Assembly (NCBI RefSeq): GCF_000743755.1
Contig: NW_014569489.1
Span: 1 to 43,766 of the forward strand
DNA: 43,766 bases
Source: Blastocystis sp. subtype 4
Taxonomy: Eukaryota
Direction of reading: 5' to 3'
Part shown: in pieces, positions 33,801 to 43,766 of the stretch
Numbering within the stretch: the first letter of the stretch is position 1
Layout of the letters: every line of letters starts with the position of its first letter
Translations under genes and position numbers: made by a program
Notes under the pieces: generated by a model
What the model saw: the letters and a program-made list of their open reading frames with translations, nothing else
Database searches by the model: none
Told to the model about the DNA's origin: nothing

Positions 33801-36800
33801 TCAACTTATCGTGATTCAATTGATGCGACATCCTGATGGTTCATTGTTCTTGCATCCAGTTGACGAAGTGATTCATGATGTTCCTGGTTACTACAATGTG
33901 GTGAAGCATCCGATGGATTTTGAGACAATCTGTAAGCGTATGAATGAAGGTTGGTATACCGAATCTCATGAACCGGAAGATGGTACAACCAATTGAAGGG
34001 GATGAAGGATAGAATATGATACACGAGGTGAGGGAGTAATTGGAGTTGTGAAGGATATTCTACTGATTTATTCCAATTGCAGAACCTTTCATTCTAGTGA
34101 TTCAGCCATCTATCGATACAATGGGAAGATGATGAATCTAACAGAATCATTGCTACGGATTCATGTTGTTCTTATGAGTCTGATTGATCTGTAGATTCTT
34201 CCTTCAATTCCAGAAGTTGCGGATTTGCTGTCATGGAGAGCATTGGATTCCAAGGCTGATAGTGATGATGCTTCCACAAAGAAACCAGTAAAACGATCCC
34301 GAAAAGCTGATAGTGATGATGAGAGCAAACGATATAAGAAGACTCGGTCTGTGAGACTTAATACAGAGGATAAGAACGAGTTACAGACGATTCTCAGTCA
34401 GTTAAAGACAACCAGTCTGAGTGAACTTTCTCTCTCGCAACAAATTCTTCTCTTGTTCTCTTTGTATCGTACTGCTCGATCTATGGAGTGTGTCAAAGAG
34501 GAACAGGACCGACGTTCAGCCTTACTGAACAGTCTCCTCCTCGAAGAATCATCTATTCATTCCCAGCTCCAAGAGCTTCAGAATCTCTATGTTCCTCAAG
34601 AACAGACACTGCGAAGTGCGTTCATAAAGGTGGTTCAGGAGAAGCAAATGACACGAAAGCAACGTCGTCTGATGCTGAGCAAGCGCTATCAACCAAACGA
34701 GAAATCTAAGTATCCTGAGGAGCGTGAATTAGCTGCCTTCCTTGCAAAGAAACGGAATGTGTTTGATGATATGCAGAAGCGATTGGAAGAACTGCGAACT
34801 CAGTTGCTGGAGTTGAATCGGCAGACTTATGAGGTTAGCTGTATGGGTCGTGATAGAAATGGTCGTGAGTATTATTTCTTCCCTGAAGATATTCCTGCTC
34901 GAATATGGATTCATGATAAACGACGAAAGAAGTGGTCTTATTTGTGGAATGTTGAGCAATTCGAAGGTCTGCTGAATTGGTTGGATAACCGCGGTTCAAA
35001 GGAGCAAATCTTGTATTCAGCTCTTCGATTGTATTATCCCCTTATTAAGCATCTCTTTGAAGGAACGCAACGAATTACTGTTGATATTTTGAAGGGTGAA
35101 GCATATGGTCGTAAACAGAAGGAAGTGAGTCACTTGGTTATTGATGAGAATGAAGACCACGTGAAGACGCTCTTCCAAACTCATGGTGAATTCATTTGTG
35201 TACCACAATGGAAAGAAGGAGTTGAAGATTGTGTGAGTATTCATGGACGTATTAGTCCATCTCTATGTGATATCTGTTCATGTGTATTCATTCCTTTGTT
35301 CTTGAAGAATGTTTACAATCAGAAGGAGTTACAGCACATACATGATCTTCTTCAGAGTGTCTATGATTATGATGTGATCACATTAGATCAGTATAAAACT
35401 ACCGTTCTTACATTGGAATCTACGATTATGAATACGGTTCAATCAGCTTATATTCATCCAGATTGGGTATTGGCTAGACATATTTGGAAAGAACAAGTTG
35501 AAAAAGCAACATGTTTTAGTGATGTATCATATTTCCTTCGAGATATTGAGGCTTCATGTATTGATTTTGCAATTGTTGATGCTCTGACGACTTCAATAGA
35601 CCGTAGAGAGTTCATTGAGGAGTTGGAGAAGAAGGTGAAGAAACATCCAGTAATTCCTGATGAAGGAGAGACTGTTGTGTACTATTCAGTAGGTCATGCA
35701 TTGGCAATCAAGGACTTCAAACAACACAATGTATTTAGTGGAGTTGTGAATCTGAATGAGAAGGAACAGGATCAAGCTTATGTCTGCAAGGTCCAGACTG
35801 TTCGGTACTTTCCAGGCCGTGGTAACCCTTTTGTCCGTCTTACTCTAAAACCAGTTGCCAATACAGTAGTCTCTGTGTTGGTGAGTTCATATTACCAATC
35901 TTTATCATCCACCAATCTGACTATCACGTACCCAGAGGCTTACCCTGAGTGTCCTATTGTTGAACCATTTGAAGTGACAATGTGGATGAACAGCACAGAG
36001 TCTGATTTTGTGATCCCTCTTGCCAAGTATTGTGTAGCCTTTGTTAACAATCTCCATGTAGGAGACTCATTTAAAATGTATTTTCAAGGGATTGAGAGTC
36101 AGGTGACCAATCAATCTAAGAAGCGAAAGAGGGATTCTCGGTTAGAAGGATCGTATCTCTATGGTCATGTGGTGGCAATCGCTCCGTTGGAATCTCAGTT
36201 CTTCCCGTGGGATGCATTGACAGTAGAATGGGATTCAGGTGGTAATGAAGCAGGAACAAATCATATCAATCCTTGGGAGTGCGAATTTATGGCCAAAGAG
36301 ATATCATTGCGAGCTGAACGAGCTCGTGATTTGGGAACAGCACGTAGTTTGTACCGAAATGATAGCAGACGTCTGTCAGAAGAGGAACTGAGAGTGATTC
36401 GGGCAAAGGCTCTGGAGATAGTCAGGACACACACCAAGCAGGATGGTGAAGATTTCTATCACTTCTTGGAAAATTACTGGGGCAAACAAGGGATGGAAGT
36501 TACACGGCCTGTGTTGTCATATGAACCCCTGGATCTGGGTCTGTTGTGGAAATTAATGCAAGTGTATGGAGGCTATGAATGTGTGGTGAATACGAAAGGA
36601 AGCTGGTTGGATATTTATCGGATGCTCCCTACCTTTAGAATCCAGAATACTTCTGCTCCTACTTCACTTCATAAGATCTATTTGAAATATATGTGGCAAT
36701 TTGAGAAAGAACAACGAGAAGAGAAGGGATTACCTCCAATCATCGATCCGCGCTTGCCTCTTCCGACAACACCGGGAAAACTCGTGGCTTCTAAGACTGT

Positions 36801-37137
36801 GGCAAAAACTGCAGAACAGGAATACAATGATAATGAGGTCAAGAAGAATACGTTACCTATGGATTTGGCTTTGTTTGACGCTCCTCCTGGTGTCCAGGTA
36901 ATGGAGAAGATTATTCGCGAAGAAGAGCGAAAGAAGAATCTGTTAACGATGAAGTGGAAGTCAATGCATGGATCGCTCCAATACGTCCCAGGAACCATCT
37001 CGACTGTTAATGGGGTCGAATCTATCAATGCGTATCAGGGGATCGTAAATGGAAATGTATGTATGATTAAACGGAAAACGGAAATGATGGCTAAATTTAT
37101 CTCGAATCTCAAGCAGATCATGAGCTTTTATATCTAA
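30856..37137 (+). CDS. Large chromatin protein with FYRN/FYRC, DDT-like, bromodomain, WHIM/WSD-like, BRWD-type Tudor-like and ARID domains
   Basis: IYPVGFRSER...SPTGAW...SGPEMFGL (FYR), LFEVWNFV (DDT-like), FLHPVD...PGYYNVVKHPMDF (bromo), MGRDRNGREYYFF and WLDNRGSKE (WSD-like), FPWDALTVEWD...INPWE, LDLGLLW...YGGY...YLKYMWQFE (ARID). Eight short introns. Confidence 0.8.
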
Positions 37138-37152
37138 TTGGAACTTTGAGTC

Positions 37153-37160
37153 TGTTTGTT
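37153..37160 (+). terminator. TGTTTGTT polyadenylation element
   Basis: Exact motif 15 nt after TAA 37137 and 5 nt before the next ATG. Confidence 0.8.
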
Positions 37161-37165
37161 GGAAC

Positions 37166-37462
37166 ATGTCGGAGGATCAAGTAGACAGGATAGAAACGGG
37201 AGAAGAGAAGGAGGAAGTGAAGGAGCAAAAAGCACTAACTCTATTGATGGAAGACAATTACACTACAATGAAACTTCGAAATGGTTGTCAGTTAGTTCTA
37301 TCGACTGTTGATGCTGTGGAATTGGGATTGTGGGCACCTGAAGGAAAGAAACTGAAGAATAAGGAGCGGAAACAACTAAGGAAGTATGGTGAAGCTACAG
37401 TGGAATCGGAATTCTACATGAAGAGTAAAAAGTCGAAAATTGTGTTTGACGAACATGGATGA
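37166..37462 (+). CDS. Hypothetical charged 98-aa protein
   Basis: Uninterrupted ORF with an acidic N-terminus and Lys-rich C-terminus (KSKIVFDEHG). No family recognised. Confidence 0.5.
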   Translation: MSEDQVDRIETGEEKEEVKEQKALTLLMEDNYTTMKLRNGCQLVLSTVDAVELGLWAPEGKKLKNKERKQLRKYGEATVESEFYMKSKKSKIVFDEHG

Positions 37463-38112
37463 TATTCTCCAGAATTGATTTCAAATGTAAGGTAGCGTAT
37501 TTTGATAACTAAGTCCTTAATGGTAACTCGGTCCAACCCCCAACGAATATCATACCTTTGAATTATTACATTGTTATTATTCTTACCAGCTGATATGATC
37601 TCGAAGAGGAATCACCATCTCATCGTCAAAAGGAATGTGAACGTGTTGCATGGTTGAAGAATCGAAAATGAAGTTTGGCCGTACAAGAGACAGACAGTAG
37701 TTTTCATTCTTTCTGTAGTGGGGATCGTCCTGAGCATATCGTTTAAGTTCGTACCGATCGGAAGCATCATCAAAATATATAGTTTCTTGCAAAAGGCGAT
37801 GACTCGTCCAGTCCCGTGGAAAGACACCACGATCAAGTACTTGACATACATTATATTTGTTTACATACTACATGTGATTTCAATATTTTAGAGTACTTCA
37901 AAGGCCATGTTGAAACACTTCACATAACGAATGCGGTAGAATCGCTGTGGAGCGGGATTAGGTGAGCGTATTGCTGACTCCTCTTGACGTTTCTCTTTGA
38001 TCTGGTGAGTGTTGCATTCCGAGAAAGGTATAAGAGCAGCTCGTTTCTTGTGTGGAGAAAAGGACATGGGCGAGGATCGTTTCAGACTCTGTGGGATATC
38101 GTTTTCAGACAT
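37414..38112 (-). CDS. Hypothetical protein (3 exons; 3' end uncertain)
   Basis: ATG 38112 (MSENDIPQSLKR...) is joined to ORF 37583-37792 and beyond by 29- and 31-nt GT-AG introns. First in-frame stop is at 37416-37414. Confidence 0.5.
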
Positions 38113-38131
38113 AAAAGAATGGATTGATCCT

Positions 38132-38139
38132 AACAAACA
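38132..38139 (-). terminator. TGTTTGTT polyadenylation element
   Basis: Exact motif 6 nt after TGA 38148-38146. Confidence 0.8.
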
Positions 38140-38145
38140 CGACAA

Positions 38146-39760
38146 TCACTTACAAAACTGACACACGAATTGCTTGCTTTTTCTCAGGAGCTCTAGCCAA
38201 TTAGTAAACAAATGGATATGGTACCAGATACGTTCTCATTCTTGGAGATGACGCAGGAAATGTGGAAGGACCGCTGACATTTGCAACAAGTGATCTATGG
38301 AGTAACAATGAAAGAAGAAGGAGACCATAAAGCCATAAGCACTTTCATTGCATACAGTACACTTTTCATTTGTATTCGGATTTGATGGCTCTGTAGTCTG
38401 ATTATCAGTTTAGTTTCTCTTTTCTACCATGGATTTCTTGGAAGTAGGAGTCCCTGAAGATGGTGCTCGTTTGCTGGATGAAGGAGATGGAATTATGGAA
38501 GGATCAATATCAAGTAGAGGGGGATGAGGAGTTGATGGGAGATCTTGTGTTATTTGCTTCATTCTTTCAATTTCAGCCTTCTAGAGTTAAGTAAGACTCA
38601 AAAAACCACCAAAAGAGCATTCTCCTGTTCCAAGAGTTTTTGTCGTGTCTCAGTATTCTCTTTCATGACTTTAATAGCATCCTTGAAATAAAGGTGATAT
38701 GATTCACTCACATCAAACGTGATTGGTGGTAGTGGAGTTTCGGGAGCTTTTTCGGGAGCTTTTTCAGACTGTTTGATAGTCTAGTGATCGAATCCTTGAA
38801 TAGTCACTACAGCAATCTCCTCCTTCTGATTGGTAATCGTTTGTTCGAGTTCGGCAATCAGTTTTTCGTAACAGGACAATTTCGCTTCAACAGTTTCTTC
38901 TTCTTCCTTCGCTTTCATTTCTTCTCTTACAGCAATGGGGGAGGATGGAGGTTGTCGTGGAGCTGGATGCAGTTGTAATGTTTCTAGCTCTGATTGATAT
39001 GAAGTTGCCTCTTTTGTCACATGATACAAACGATCGATTGCTACTGCCAGTAACTTCAACAGATAAACTATCTGTTTCTGATAGGACTCTGTAGTACTGT
39101 GAAGGAGCTGGTTTTGTTGTTCCTTTGATGAAGAATCAGTTACACTCATACGATGCTCTCACTTTCCTCCTTGATCTCAAGTACACGTCGCAGTGTCGTC
39201 TGTAGTTTCTTGTCGATATATTCCATTTGCTGATGGATGGCAGATTCATCCCCAGAAAGGGTTGCTGGGAGCTGGGAACGGAGAGATTCTAATTCTTTGT
39301 GTATCTTCTCTAGTAATCATTTGAAACAATCAACTTTACCATTTTCTGCAGTTTTGGTTTCACACATATGCTGGAGCGCTGTGATTTCATTTGTAAGATA
39401 TACTATTCATCATAACAATGTTTTGATAAGACAGTGCTCATTCTGAATACTGTTTAGTTCTTTCTCATGATTCATCATGGCATCGGCAAGTTCCTGTTCT
39501 AAATCAGCACTCTTTTTGGATAAATCGTCATATCTATATCGCAATCATGGTTTATAGATACTTCTTTCTCCAGGCATCTCCAGTCTCAACAGATTTCTTT
39601 TCTTTTTCGTTCATTTCCTCTTTCAGATTTTCATTTTCCTTTCGAAGAGATTCCACAGTCATTACCAGTTCTTTAAGACGACTACATATAATCATTACAG
39701 AGAAGTCCACCTATTGACTTTTAATAACATGATCATACTATTTCCAGACTCTTCACTCAT
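38146..39760 (-). CDS. Coiled-coil protein with C-terminal PHD (C4HC3) finger; start uncertain
   Basis: Heptad-rich exons (RLKELVMTVESLRKENENLKEE). Spliced C-terminus CTVC...ITCCKCQRSFHISC...FVCQFCK*. Extra upstream exons toward ~40030 are possible. Confidence 0.7.
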
Positions 39761-40140
39761 CTTTGCCTGCCACTAAGAGATCATGCATGTGGAGGGAAAA
39801 CTCAAAACCTTGTTATTCTACTCTTCAAGTCCTATCTATGGAACTAGTAAGAAATAATTTAACAGAAATCCAGAGTTGGTCTGATTCCCATAAATGGTTG
39901 CTTATTGTTCACCAAAATTACTCCTTGAAATGAATAGCATATTCTGATTCATAGAACTAAAGAAACTCTCTATTTCACAAAGGCAAACAAGAATAAGTTC
40001 AGAAGGATGGATGCACTCTGTACATTCATAAACCACAAGAATAAAAGAAAAATGAAATCGAAAAAGCATAACAATGAAACTCCCAAAAGGTGGAACCCGA
40101 AAGGGGGAAATGGCAAAGGCCTAATCGACCCTCCTCATAA

Positions 40141-43766
<3,626 letters not shown>

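Noticed and set aside
38739..38762. 12-bp tandem duplication
   Set aside because: Ordinary in-frame slippage (EKAP x2) in a low-complexity linker.
40096..40105. CCC-GAAA-GGG mini-hairpin upstream of PFO
   Set aside because: A 3-bp stem is expected by chance; no larger RNA structure was recognised.

Overview
Eukaryotic, gene-dense, AT-rich window, most likely from the anaerobic stramenopile Blastocystis. This is an inference from pervasive ~28-33-nt introns (many exactly 30 nt), TGTTTGTT elements at gene 3' ends, tiny intergenic spacers, and a PFO with an organelle-targeting presequence. Manual splicing resolves about 18 protein genes: two related Ig-like/jelly-roll surface proteins, an FtsX-type permease, PITP, TSG101/Vps23, a GT49-like glycosyltransferase, a DUF179-like protein, a TRIP12/UPL3-like HECT ligase, a VIP36/ERGIC-53-like lectin, a Sec14-GOLD protein, Derlin, Prp18, exportin-7, organellar bL34 (absent from the ORF track), a large multi-reader chromatin protein, two hypotheticals, a coiled-coil/PHD protein and a 3'-truncated PFO. 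Main points of interest: (1) two ultra-short AT-AC (U12-type) introns sharing a non-canonical TCCTTCAT branch sequence 5-6 nt from the 3' end; (2) a 15-bp palindromic bidirectional poly(A) element predicted to complete the stop codons of two convergent genes; (3) quasi-palindromic bidirectional promoters, and one pair of divergent ATGs only 37 bp apart; (4) an intron exactly flanked by 12-bp direct repeats; (5) an apparently split DNMT1-RFTS-like domain and an Asn-less bromodomain in one protein. All gene models and family calls were made by eye; no database search was run.
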